The notes under the pieces: model-generated
Databases searched by the model: none
Told to the model about the DNA's origin: nothing
What the model saw: the letters and a program-made list of their open reading frames with translations, nothing else
In this document: positions 1-8,240 of the stretch, piece by piece
Numbering within the stretch: position 1 is the stretch's first letter
How the letters are laid out: each line of letters begins with the position of its first letter
Position numbers and translations under genes: made by a program
Assembly (NCBI GenBank): GCA_963807165.1
Contig: CAWDZM010000001.1
Coordinates: forward strand, 289,521-353,520
Direction: 5' to 3'
DNA length: 64,000 nucleotides
Source of the DNA: an uncultured bacterium
GTDB taxonomy: Bacteria > Patescibacteriota > Minisyncoccia > UBA6257 > 2-01-FULL-56-20

Positions 1-473
1 TCAATGATCATGCTCGCCGACGGCGTCATGATCGGCAAGCCCGCGCCAAGCGCGGCCGCCGTCGGCGATTCCACAAGATATACTTTTGAACAGCCGGCAT
101 TCAGCGCCGCGTCCTCAACGGACTTTCGCTCCACTTCCGTAAGATTATTCGGGATCGCAAGGATCGCGCGGCGGTATGACATGATCGGGCTGGCCTTCGG
201 ACGGCTGAGCAAATGGCGCAACATCTCTTCGGTCATTTCAAAATCGGAGATCACCCCATTCACGAGCGGGCGCACCACGTTGATGTGCGGCGGCACGCGA
301 CCCAACATTTTTTTTGCTTCATCACCAACGGCCAATACGTGGTTGGTTTTGGTATTGATCGCCGCGACGGACGGCTCGTTCACAACAATTCCTTTGTTCT
401 TTAAATAGATGAGCGAGTTCGCCGTGCCAAGATCGATGCCAATATCTTTAAAAACGTTGTCGAAGAGTGCCAT
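1..473 (-). CDS. mreB: Rod shape-determining protein MreB, N-terminal part; the gene runs off the window start
   Basis: Minus-strand translation from the ATG at 473-471 gives MALFDNVFKDIGIDLGTANSLIYLKNKGIVVNEPSVAAIN, the actin-fold phosphate-1 motif and MreB-like N-terminus. No stop codon inside the window. Confidence 0.75.
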   Translation of the reverse strand, partial: MALFDNVFKDIGIDLGTANSLIYLKNKGIVVNEPSVAAINTKTNHVLAVGDEAKKMLGRVPPHINVVRPLVNGVISDFEMTEEMLRHLLSRPKASPIMSYRRAILAIPNNLTEVERKSVEDAALNAGCSKVYLVESPTAAALGAGLPIMTPSASMII

Positions 474-495
474 AGGTATGCCGAGTGAATATTAA

Positions 496-1722
496 TTATT
501 TTTTAATAAGTTCCAATGCTTCCTTAAGATCCATCACGCGAGCCTCTTTTTCGGTGCGTTTTTTGACCTCTACCGTGCCATCGCCAAGCTTGGCACTGAC
601 GACAATCCTCCACGGAATGCCGATCAAATCGGCCTCCGCAAACTTCTCTCCCGCGGATATTTCCCTATCGTCATAGAGTACTTTGATGCCTGCCTTTTGT
701 AAAGAATCGTAGATTTTTTCGCCGTCGGCGCCGCCGAGGGCAAGCACATGCACCGCAAACGGTGCGACCGATTCGGGCCAGATGATGCCGTGCTCGTCAT
801 TATATTTTTCCACAATCACGCCCATGGCGCGGGAGATACCCAACCCAAAACACCCCATCGTCGCATATCGTTTTTTACCATCCTTGTCATTAAAAGTGAG
901 ATCGAACGCCTTGGTGAATTTCTGTCCCAGATCAAAAACATTTCCCACTTCCGACGCGCGCGCTTTTGCGAGCGTACCCTTATTGCAGCGCGTACACTCT
1001 TGACCCTCTTTTTCTTTTGCAATCTCCACATTCACGCAAAAATCGCAGACATCGCAGTATAAAATATCATCCTCGCCCGCGTCGGTAAGCACCATAAATT
1101 CGTACGAAATTTTTTCTGTGAATGCACCGCCGGATGCTTCGGTCACTTTTGCCGTAAGACCCATTCGCTTGAATATCTTCAGGTACGCTTTCTTCATCTC
1201 CGCGTAGAACCGCTCAAAATCTTCCTGCGTCTCATGGAAGCTGTACATATCCTTCATCAAAAACTCCACGCCGCGCATGAGGCCGGACTTCGAGCGCAAT
1301 TCATCGCGAAACTTCCAATTGATCTGGTACACCGCCTTCGGCAGATCTTTGTAATTATTGATATAGCGCATGACGAGCGGCGTCACCACTTCTTCCTCGC
1401 TCTGGCCAAGGGCATATTCTTTTTCCGTCCGGCTCTTGATCTTAAAAAGCACATCGATCTTGTCCCAACCGCCGGTCGTCGCCCAAATGCTCTTTGGGTG
1501 GATCATCGGCATGGAAATTTCCTGGCCACCGGCGGCATCCATTTCCTCGCGGACGATGTTTTCTATATTATTCAATACGCGCAGACCAAGCGGCAGATAG
1601 CTGTATACCCCCGCCATCAATTTGGAAACAAATCCCGCACGCGCCAAGAGCTGGGCATTTACCGTCGCCTCATCCTTTGGGGCGTTCCGCTCGGTCTTCG
1701 TGAACAATTGAGATTGGCGCAT
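496..1722 (-). CDS. proS: Prolyl-tRNA synthetase, compact form with a zinc-ribbon insertion and no INS editing domain
   Basis: The 414-aa ORF carries class II aaRS motifs and a C-terminal anticodon-binding region, plus a CxxC...CxxC insertion. The start was taken as MRQSQLF at 1722. Confidence 0.8.
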   Translation of the reverse strand: MRQSQLFTKTERNAPKDEATVNAQLLARAGFVSKLMAGVYSYLPLGLRVLNNIENIVREEMDAAGGQEISMPMIHPKSIWATTGGWDKIDVLFKIKSRTEKEYALGQSEEEVVTPLVMRYINNYKDLPKAVYQINWKFRDELRSKSGLMRGVEFLMKDMYSFHETQEDFERFYAEMKKAYLKIFKRMGLTAKVTEASGGAFTEKISYEFMVLTDAGEDDILYCDVCDFCVNVEIAKEKEGQECTRCNKGTLAKARASEVGNVFDLGQKFTKAFDLTFNDKDGKKRYATMGCFGLGISRAMGVIVEKYNDEHGIIWPESVAPFAVHVLALGGADGEKIYDSLQKAGIKVLYDDREISAGEKFAEADLIGIPWRIVVSAKLGDGTVEVKKRTEKEARVMDLKEALELIKK

Positions 1723-1800
1723 ATAGGCACATTTTAGCACCGACGCGCATGCTAATCAATCGCCAAAAATAACGACTTTGCATGCGCGCCGGGACATCGC

Positions 1801-2019
1801 CTAATCCATTCCCCTAAGAGAAGAGATTGCCTCGCACAACTCCTCTATTCCCTCGAGAAACAAGAGTATGCGCTCGTCCACCTCGTCGAACCGCCCGTCG
1901 ACATATTCCATGAGCGTGTCCAATACCGGACCCATTTCCTCGTGGACAATGCCACGGAATTGCTGTATTAATTCGTCCTTTTCTGATTGTTCCATGCAAC
2001 AATCATACTCATCGCACAT
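1801..2019 (-). CDS. Hypothetical small acidic protein
   Basis: 72-aa ORF rich in Glu/Asp. No recognisable domain. Confidence 0.35.
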   Translation of the reverse strand: MCDEYDCCMEQSEKDELIQQFRGIVHEEMGPVLDTLMEYVDGRFDEVDERILLFLEGIEELCEAISSLRGMD

Positions 2020-2034
2020 TAAAACTTTCTAAAC

Positions 2035-2199
2035 TCATTTTTGCGCGCTCGCAAGCTGAAAATTTGCCAAAAACACCAGCACCGGCTCGCCACATTCATT
2101 GCAAAATGAATACTGACTGAATATTCCCCGATCGCTCACCCGCACGCACTTCGTCCGCTCCAACTCCTTTCCGCACAGATCACATGTTTCTATGTGCAT
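2035..2199 (-). CDS. Hypothetical small zinc-ribbon protein (two CxxC pairs), 54 aa
   Basis: My own translation: MHIETCDLCGKELERTKCVRVSDRGIFSQYSFCNECGEPVLVFLANFQLASAQK. It lies downstream of a near-consensus sigma70 promoter. It is under 60 aa, so it is absent from the ORF track. Confidence 0.4.
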   Translation of the reverse strand: MHIETCDLCGKELERTKCVRVSDRGIFSQYSFCNECGEPVLVFLANFQLASAQK

Positions 2200-2240
2200 A
2201 TTTTTTATTAAAATTAATTAAAATGACCTTTGTTGGATAA

Positions 2241-2268
2241 ATTATAGGCGCACAAAAAAGTAAGTCAA
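2241..2268 (-). promoter_or_regulatory. Sigma70-like promoter (TTGACT-N16-TATAAT) for the zinc-ribbon gene
   Basis: On the minus strand, TTGACT (plus-strand coordinates 2263-2268) is followed 16 nt later by TATAAT (2241-2246), about 40 nt upstream of the ATG at 2199. Confidence 0.5.
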
Positions 2269-2324
2269 AAAACTTTTAATGAAAATTTAATGCTTTTTTC
2301 TATTGCCGCCCGCGATACCAAAGA

Positions 2325-2951
2325 CTATTTTTTATTACTCCGCTTTTTCTTTCTGGCCAGCTTCGGATCACGCGAGACGAACCACTTGTCGTTCACATCA
2401 AACCACCATGCGTCGGAGTGAGTGGAAAGAAGGTATTTTCCAACCGCCTTGCCCTGCTTTGTCTTCAAGCGCGGAAGCGCGCTCTTGAGCCACGCACGCG
2501 CCTTTGTGTTTCCCCTCAACTCCTGTTCGCGCAACGTTGCGATCCATTCAAGCGAATCGGCATCTTTCACCAACTTAGCCTCCAACGTTTGCTTCGCCTG
2601 TTCTTCGGTATAAAATTCCCCCATCTCTTTTCCGAACGGAACTTCCATCGCAAGATCTTTAAACGCCTGCGATTCCGCAAGACGACCGTACCGCTGGTGA
2701 ACATAATTAAGATCGGATGTCCGCCCTTCTGCAAAATCGTGGAACATGCTCATATAAACAACTCTGGCCCGATCGGCCCCTGGCGTCAAATAACAGAGCG
2801 CATACGCAATGTAGGTGGTGCGAAGAAGATGCTCCGCCACCGACTGCTCGCCGGTTCCCAAGAACCAAAGCCCCGAGCGCGGCGTCTTGCTCAAAATGCC
2901 AGCCTCATAAATGAAGTGGGCAATAGACTGGAGCTGATCCTCTTTTTTCAT
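2325..2951 (-). CDS. HD-domain phosphohydrolase (YfbR-like 5'-nucleotidase family)
   Basis: It has the H...HD...D metal-binding pattern (AEHLLRT ... MFHDFAEGRTSD ... VKDAD), which is typical of HD hydrolases. Confidence 0.65.
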   Translation of the reverse strand: MKKEDQLQSIAHFIYEAGILSKTPRSGLWFLGTGEQSVAEHLLRTTYIAYALCYLTPGADRARVVYMSMFHDFAEGRTSDLNYVHQRYGRLAESQAFKDLAMEVPFGKEMGEFYTEEQAKQTLEAKLVKDADSLEWIATLREQELRGNTKARAWLKSALPRLKTKQGKAVGKYLLSTHSDAWWFDVNDKWFVSRDPKLARKKKRSNKK

Positions 2952-2982
2952 GGATTAATAATAACACACCCGACCAGCTGGC

Positions 2983-4132
2983 CTATAAGATCACGCCGCC
3001 GCCGAACATTTCACCATCCGCACCATAAAATACTGCCGACTGACCCTCAGCCACAAATTTTTGTGGGGTAGCGAACACGAGTTTGTAATTCCCATTCCTT
3101 GATTTTGAAAGCGATGCCTCTGAAAGTGGCTGGCGATAGCGCACGCGAGCGCGCACGGAAAACCACCCACTATCTACCGATATACTATTTGTCGGAGTTC
3201 CATCGGAAATAAAATTTATCTGTGTCAGCTCAACTTCCGTGCGATAGAGTGCCGGATCATCACTCCCTTCCGCAAGTACCACGGTGTTCGTCATCGCATC
3301 CTTCGATGCCACATACAATGGTTTGCGCGCCGCGCCGGCGACGCCGGTCTTCGGAAACGCAAAATCGGCATCAATGTGCCGCTGGCCGATGGTATAGAAT
3401 TCAGTTCCCGAATGCTCACCGATTTTCTCACCCGCGGTCGTCATCAACGCGCCGCGATGTTCCGGAATATATTCTTTAAGAAAATCATCAAGCGAAAATT
3501 TTCCGAGAAAACAGATGCCCTGCGAATCTTTTTTCTCCGCTGTTGGCAATCCGGCGCGGCGCGCGATCGCGCGCACCTCCGGCTTTACCATTCCGCCAAT
3601 CGGGAACAAACAACGCGCGAGCTGCTTTTGACCGAGCGTCCATAAAAAGTATGACTGATCTTTGTTAGTATCAACGGCCTCGTACAATTTATAAATCACA
3701 TTTTGTGATTTATGCGGAGCCTGCAGTTTGGCTTCCGAAGCTTCCGCCGTTAGCCTCACGTAGTGCCCCGTCGCCACATAGTCCGCACCGCTCGCGAGCG
3801 CCTTCTCCAAGAACAACCCAAACTTGATCTCGCGATTGCACATCACGTCCGGATTCGGCGTGATCCCGGCGCGATAGCCCTCTATCATATATTGCACCAC
3901 ACGATCTTTATATTCCTGCCTCGAAATCCCACACATAGAACGGGATGCCGATATGTTCCGCCACGCGACGCGCGTCTTCTGCGTCGGTCTCGGCGCAGCC
4001 GTCGATGTTGTAACACTTCATGAAAACACCCACGACCTCGTAGCCTTGTTCGTTTAATAAATACGCCGCGACGGAGCTGTCCACCCCGCCCGACATGCCG
4101 ACGAAGACGGCCTTTTTTGAGATACTTGACAT
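2983..4132 (-). pseudogene. mnmA: tRNA-specific 2-thiouridylase MnmA, split by a frameshift near 3908-3936
   Basis: The N-terminal ORF (4132..3908) has the PP-loop MSGGVDSSV. The C-terminal ORF (3936..2983) continues in another frame with the conserved GITPNPDVMCNREIKFG and MnmA-like downstream regions, and the two frames overlap. The cause could be an authentic frameshift or a sequencing indel. Confidence 0.7.
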
Positions 4133-4585
4133 TTCTATAATATAAAGTATAATACTCTCAGAACCACTTGGAGGACTTCTATGATTACCACCATGAAATG
4201 GATGGCCGGCGCTTGCGCAGGCTGTGCTGTCTACTTTGCATTCAACCATCTAGCGATACCGACTGCTCTTTGTACCGCTAGCGCAGTAGTAAACGCCCTT
4301 AGCAGCATCAACTTTAGCAATAAATAATAATACCTATTTATTGCCCCCCGGCGCAGCACACTCGTGTTGCGCCGCTTTCTTTATTTTATACCTTTATATG
4401 AGCGGGCGTAACTCGCGTCCTGCGCTGTTTCGAAAACCTTGTTGCCGCAAGGAAATTGCAGCGTTCGAAGCGAGTAGAAATTTTTCCGGGCACCCGCGAG
4501 TCCGCGAGCTGGGTGGAAAAATTTCGTTATGAGCGAGAACGATGCCCGAGCGGCAACCGGTTTGAGGGACAGCGCAGGATGCGAG

Positions 4586-5149
4586 CTACACCCGTTCCAC
4601 GTAATCCCCCGTCTGCGTGTTCACGCGGATCATGTCGCCTTCGTTCACGAAGAGCGGCGCAGAGATCTTTGCGCCTCCCTCGATCGTCACCACCTTGCTA
4701 CCACCCTGCGCGGTATTACCTTTGAGCGCCGGCGGGGCTTCCACTACTTTGAACTCCATCTTGACTGGGATTTCGATCGTGATCACTTTGTCCTCGAAGA
4801 TCATCGTCTGCACGCGGGTGTTCGGCTTCAAAAACCTCGCCTGCTCACCGGCAACTTCAGCATCGAGCGCAAAACGATCCTTTGGATTATTTTCCGTATG
4901 GAACCAATATTGCCCCTTCGCTTCATAAATAAAAATCGCGTGCTTGCGCTCGATCTCCGCCTCTTCGAACGAATCGCTCGCCTGGAAGTTGCGATCCAAA
5001 AGCTTGCCCGTGATGAGATTGCGGATGCGCGTCTGCACGACTGCCTTGCGTTGCTGCATGCGCAAAAAATGCGTCTCGAGCACCTCGTACGGCGCGCCAT
5101 CCATGATGAATAGAACTCCCTTGGTTAAGTCGGTATATGCAAGTGCCAT
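4586..5149 (-). CDS. efp: Elongation factor P
   Basis: Starting at MALAYTDLTKGV, the ORF shows three-domain EF-P-like sequence (KPGKGQAF-like region, C-terminal OB folds). Confidence 0.85.
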   Translation of the reverse strand: MALAYTDLTKGVLFIMDGAPYEVLETHFLRMQQRKAVVQTRIRNLITGKLLDRNFQASDSFEEAEIERKHAIFIYEAKGQYWFHTENNPKDRFALDAEVAGEQARFLKPNTRVQTMIFEDKVITIEIPVKMEFKVVEAPPALKGNTAQGGSKVVTIEGGAKISAPLFVNEGDMIRVNTQTGDYVERV

Positions 5150-5165
5150 GTCGGTAATATGATAT

Positions 5166-5202
5166 AACAAAAAACCGCCCTTTTGCAAGAGCGGTTTTTT
5201 TA
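5166..5202. terminator. Rho-independent terminator hairpin, probably bidirectional
   Basis: AAAAACCGC-loop-GCGGTTTTTTT hairpin between the KH-protein gene and efp. Confidence 0.5.
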
Positions 5203-5213
5203 TGAAAATTTCG

Positions 5214-5534
5214 TTACTCTTTTCCGCCTTCTGCCGGCGGCTGTTCCGCTCGCCCAGAGCTCGTAGAGCGGGTGCCGCCTTCCGGCTCTTCGATCTTGAG
5301 ATTGACGCGGGCGTTGTTCTTGACGCCGACGATCCTTAAAAGCGAGCGAATGGCCTTGGCAGTCGCACCCTGGCGGCCGACAACCTGGCCCATGTCCTGC
5401 GCATTCACATGAAGCGAAAGCAATACGCCCATCTCGTCAACCTTGCGGTCAACCTTCACATCATCCGGATGGTCCACAAGGGACTTCACCAAGTACTCGA
5501 GGAATTCCTGATCTGCTGAAGATGTATTCGTCAT
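5214..5534 (-). CDS. KH-domain RNA-binding protein (UPF0109/YlqC-like)
   Basis: It has the GxxG KH motif (VVGRQGATAKAIRSL) and sits directly downstream of rpsP, as in conserved rpsP-KH operons. Confidence 0.7.
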   Translation of the reverse strand: MTNTSSADQEFLEYLVKSLVDHPDDVKVDRKVDEMGVLLSLHVNAQDMGQVVGRQGATAKAIRSLLRIVGVKNNARVNLKIEEPEGGTRSTSSGRAEQPPAEGGKE

Positions 5535-5587
5535 TGATATTCGGTATGTACTTTTTGTTCGATGATTCGAACCGTCGACCTTTTTTA

Positions 5588-5959
5588 CTACGCGGCTGCT
5601 TCTGCTTCTGCGGCTACTTCGGCAACGGGAGTTTCTGCGACGGCCTCTTCCGCTGGCGCGGCAGCTTTCTTTTCTTCAACAACCTTGGCAACTGCCTTTG
5701 GCATCTTTATTGCGATCGCTTTTCCGGTGAGCGTCCCCTGCTTTACCAAAAGATTATGCGCGGTGACGGTCGGCTGGGCGCCCATCTTTACCCAGTGCAA
5801 AACGCGCTCCTTTTTGACAGTCGTCGCCTTCGTGCGCGGATCGTATGCACCAAGATCCTCCACCGGCGGAGCCGCCATCTTTGAGCGTTTTTCTGCCACA
5901 ACCACCCGATAGCTCGGCTGGTGCTTCTTTCCAATGCGTTGTAATTTAATAGCCAACAT
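5588..5959 (-). CDS. rpsP: 30S ribosomal protein S16 with a low-complexity Ala/Glu-rich C-terminal tail
   Basis: MLAIKLQRIGKKHQPSYRVVVAEKRSK is the S16 N-terminal signature. The start was taken at 5959. Confidence 0.85.
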   Translation of the reverse strand: MLAIKLQRIGKKHQPSYRVVVAEKRSKMAAPPVEDLGAYDPRTKATTVKKERVLHWVKMGAQPTVTAHNLLVKQGTLTGKAIAIKMPKAVAKVVEEKKAAAPAEEAVAETPVAEVAAEAEAAA

Positions 5960-6081
5960 GCGTTCCATTATACTAAATGACGCGTAAAGGTCAAGCTTCC
6001 CTTCCGCCGAAGTGGGTCGGCTTGATGGAATAGTAATATGTGTGATAAAAAGATATTGGAACACAAGCGACGGGAGGCAGT

Positions 6082-6291
6082 ATGCGTAAGAGATTGAAGG
6101 AGTATATTCTCCTTTCCTTCCTTAAGTGGAAGTTGGTAAGGATGGAAGATTATCTTAACCTCCAGCGGGCAAGCGCGAGCACCTACCAGCAGGGGCGCAG
6201 GCGAATCGAACCGCTCCAGGCGAGGATCGCGAAAGTAAAGCGGAAGATTGCTCAACTTGACCCTCGCGGCCCTCTAGTCCCGCTCTCCTAA
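6082..6291 (+). CDS. Hypothetical small basic protein (69 aa)
   Basis: A GGGAGG Shine-Dalgarno sits 6 nt upstream of the ATG and a hairpin plus T-run terminator lies downstream at 6299-6340. There is no recognisable similarity. Confidence 0.3.
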   Translation: MRKRLKEYILLSFLKWKLVRMEDYLNLQRASASTYQQGRRRIEPLQARIAKVKRKIAQLDPRGPLVPLS

Positions 6292-6298
6292 CAAACCA

Positions 6299-6340
6299 AA
6301 ATGGCGGCTCGCATTTCAGCGGGTCGCCATTTTTTATTTT
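6299..6340 (+). terminator. Rho-independent terminator
   Basis: ATGGCG...CGCCAT hairpin followed by TTTTTTATTTT. Confidence 0.45.
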
Positions 6341-6356
6341 ACGATCGGCGCAGAAC

Positions 6357-7040
6357 TTAGTGCGCTTCCGTGCGATCCTTGAACTTGTTCAAGAGATGCG
6401 CAGCGTAGTCCTTGCCGCCAAGGCCGAAGGCCAAGCCGCCGGCGAGCGCCATCATCGCGATGAATCCCGTCACGATCGTCTGGATGATCGTCGACGCGAT
6501 GTTCAACTGCGTAAGCGCCGTCAGCAATCCAAACACGGCGATCGCCCAATACGTCACCGTACCCAGGAACGGTCCCGAGTGAAGCTTTGCGCTCATCACC
6601 GACGCCGTCACGATCCTGCGCGCGAAGTGCGCGAGTACGAACGCCGCGAGCATGATGAGCACCGCCGCGATCACGTTCGGCAAGTAGTTCAACACCGCCG
6701 TCAGAAACTCTGACAACGCGTAGAGCTGAAGACTGTCAGCCACCGCGAGCAAGAACGCGATGATGATGAACCAGTACACGAGCTTGCCAAAAAAGTATGC
6801 CGCACGCAATTTGAGCCCGGCGCGTTCAAAGATCGGCTTCAACCCGATCTTCTCAAGGAACACATCAAGGCGGATCCCCTCGAGGATCTTCTCCACGAGT
6901 GCGCCCAATCCCGCCGCAACGATCAAACCGATGACCAGCACGACGAGCGCGCCGATCAGGTTCGGCACATAATTGACAACTCCCCACCAAAGGTTCTGAA
7001 GCGAACCTACCACCACATCTGTCCAACTTTGTACAACCAT
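6357..7040 (-). CDS. Integral membrane protein with repeated TM-helix modules (MscS N-terminal-like conserved TM helix family)
   Basis: 227 aa with about 5-6 hydrophobic helices. Domain assignment is tentative. Confidence 0.5.
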   Translation of the reverse strand: MVVQSWTDVVVGSLQNLWWGVVNYVPNLIGALVVLVIGLIVAAGLGALVEKILEGIRLDVFLEKIGLKPIFERAGLKLRAAYFFGKLVYWFIIIAFLLAVADSLQLYALSEFLTAVLNYLPNVIAAVLIMLAAFVLAHFARRIVTASVMSAKLHSGPFLGTVTYWAIAVFGLLTALTQLNIASTIIQTIVTGFIAMMALAGGLAFGLGGKDYAAHLLNKFKDRTEAH

Positions 7041-7097
7041 AGTAATGATTAAATAGTTATGAAATCCGCAAACTCGACCTTTTATTCATTACTTCTA

Positions 7098-7697
7098 TTA
7101 TAGCAAACCGAGCGGAGCCATCTCGTTCGCGAGCTGTGCATTGTTGTTGAACTGGATGCACTTGATGCCAAGCTCCCGCGCGACGCGCAAGTTCGATTCC
7201 TTGTCGTCAATAAACAACGCCTCTTCCGGCTTCACCTTCAACTTCTTCAGCGCATAGTGATACATCGCTTTGGACGGCTTCTGCATTCCCAATTTATACG
7301 AAAGGAACGTGTGATCAAAATGCGAATAGAGATCGAAGTGCTCATCCACAAGACTTCGCGTCTGGCTCACATTCGAAAGGAGCGCCACCGGATACTGTTT
7401 GCGCAATTTGTCCACCGTCCTTAAAAGATCTTTGTTCAATTTGATATTTTTTATCGCTATCGACACCCATATCTTTTTGAGATTTCCTTTGGTGTGAAAT
7501 TTTTTCTTGATCAGCGCAAAGAACTGCGCGGCGGAAACTTTACCGTAGAGCATCCGGTCGAGATATTGATTGTGGAGCTTTACGATCTTTTCCGGCGGCG
7601 CGCCGATGGCCTTGGCAAACTCTTCATAGATGCCGTCGAACGACCGCTCCGAATCAATAAGCACTCCCCCGATGTCGAATAAAATTACTTTGATCAT
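7098..7697 (-). CDS. HAD-superfamily hydrolase
   Basis: It has the DxG motif I of HAD hydrolases (N-terminal FDIGGVLIDSE) and a C-terminal FIDD motif. Confidence 0.7.
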   Translation of the reverse strand: MIKVILFDIGGVLIDSERSFDGIYEEFAKAIGAPPEKIVKLHNQYLDRMLYGKVSAAQFFALIKKKFHTKGNLKKIWVSIAIKNIKLNKDLLRTVDKLRKQYPVALLSNVSQTRSLVDEHFDLYSHFDHTFLSYKLGMQKPSKAMYHYALKKLKVKPEEALFIDDKESNLRVARELGIKCIQFNNNAQLANEMAPLGLL

Positions 7698-7726
7698 ATC
7701 TTATGTATACCATAGATACTGTCCGC

Positions 7727-7757
7727 CGCTTGAAATTATTACTAGGTTCTCTATAAT
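7727..7757 (+). promoter_or_regulatory. Sigma70-like promoter (TTGAAA-N16-TATAAT) upstream of tRNA-Ala
   Basis: TTGAAA at 7727, a 16-nt spacer, then TATAAT at 7752-7757, about 35 nt before the tRNA. Confidence 0.45.
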
Positions 7758-7791
7758 CAGTGAGCAAAGACGGTCGCCGGTCGATCGCATT

Positions 7792-7862
7792 GGGCCCATA
7801 GTAAAGTGGTATTACGCGGCATTCGCATTGCTGAGGCGGGAGTCCGATTCTCCCTGGGTCCA
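7792..7862 (+). tRNA. tRNA-Ala (anticodon CGC)
   Basis: Folded by hand as a cloverleaf: acceptor GGGCCCA/TGGGTCC with the G3:U70 alanine identity pair, anticodon loop TTCGCAT, T-loop GAGTCCGATTCTC. CCA is not encoded. Confidence 0.8.
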
Positions 7863-7881
7863 CTAACCAGTAACTATAGAA

Positions 7882-8226
7882 ATGAGTAATAATTTTGGAA
7901 AATCAATTGAGGAACTAACAGAGCGAGAATTAGTGGACAGCGTCAATGCTGCTAATCCTGCCTATGGACAGGTTGCAATGGGTGAGCTGACAAGGCGTAG
8001 TATGAATCGATTAAGAGAGTCGATTGACGGTCTTAATAAATCAACAGGTATTTATTCGAAAGTTATTATCGTATTAACAGTACTTCTCGTAATTCTTGCC
8101 GTTGAACAAGAACTAATTATTATCTTTCCTCCACACGGACTTTGGATTCTGATATATATCCTCCCTTTAATTGTGCTAGCCCTAATTGCAATATGGATGG
8201 CAAATAGGTCTCTTGATGTGAAATAA
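7882..8226 (+). CDS. Hypothetical small membrane protein
   Basis: 114 aa, with a C-terminal hydrophobic stretch. Confidence 0.4.
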   Translation: MSNNFGKSIEELTERELVDSVNAANPAYGQVAMGELTRRSMNRLRESIDGLNKSTGIYSKVIIVLTVLLVILAVEQELIIIFPPHGLWILIYILPLIVLALIAIWMANRSLDVK

Positions 8227-8240
8227 AAGCCTGATTAGAT

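Noticed and set aside
6090-6300. tRNA-like T-arm (GGTTCGATTCGCC on the minus strand) near 6185-6215
   Set aside because: No cloverleaf can be completed around it, and the sequence is better explained as part of the small ORF 6082..6291.
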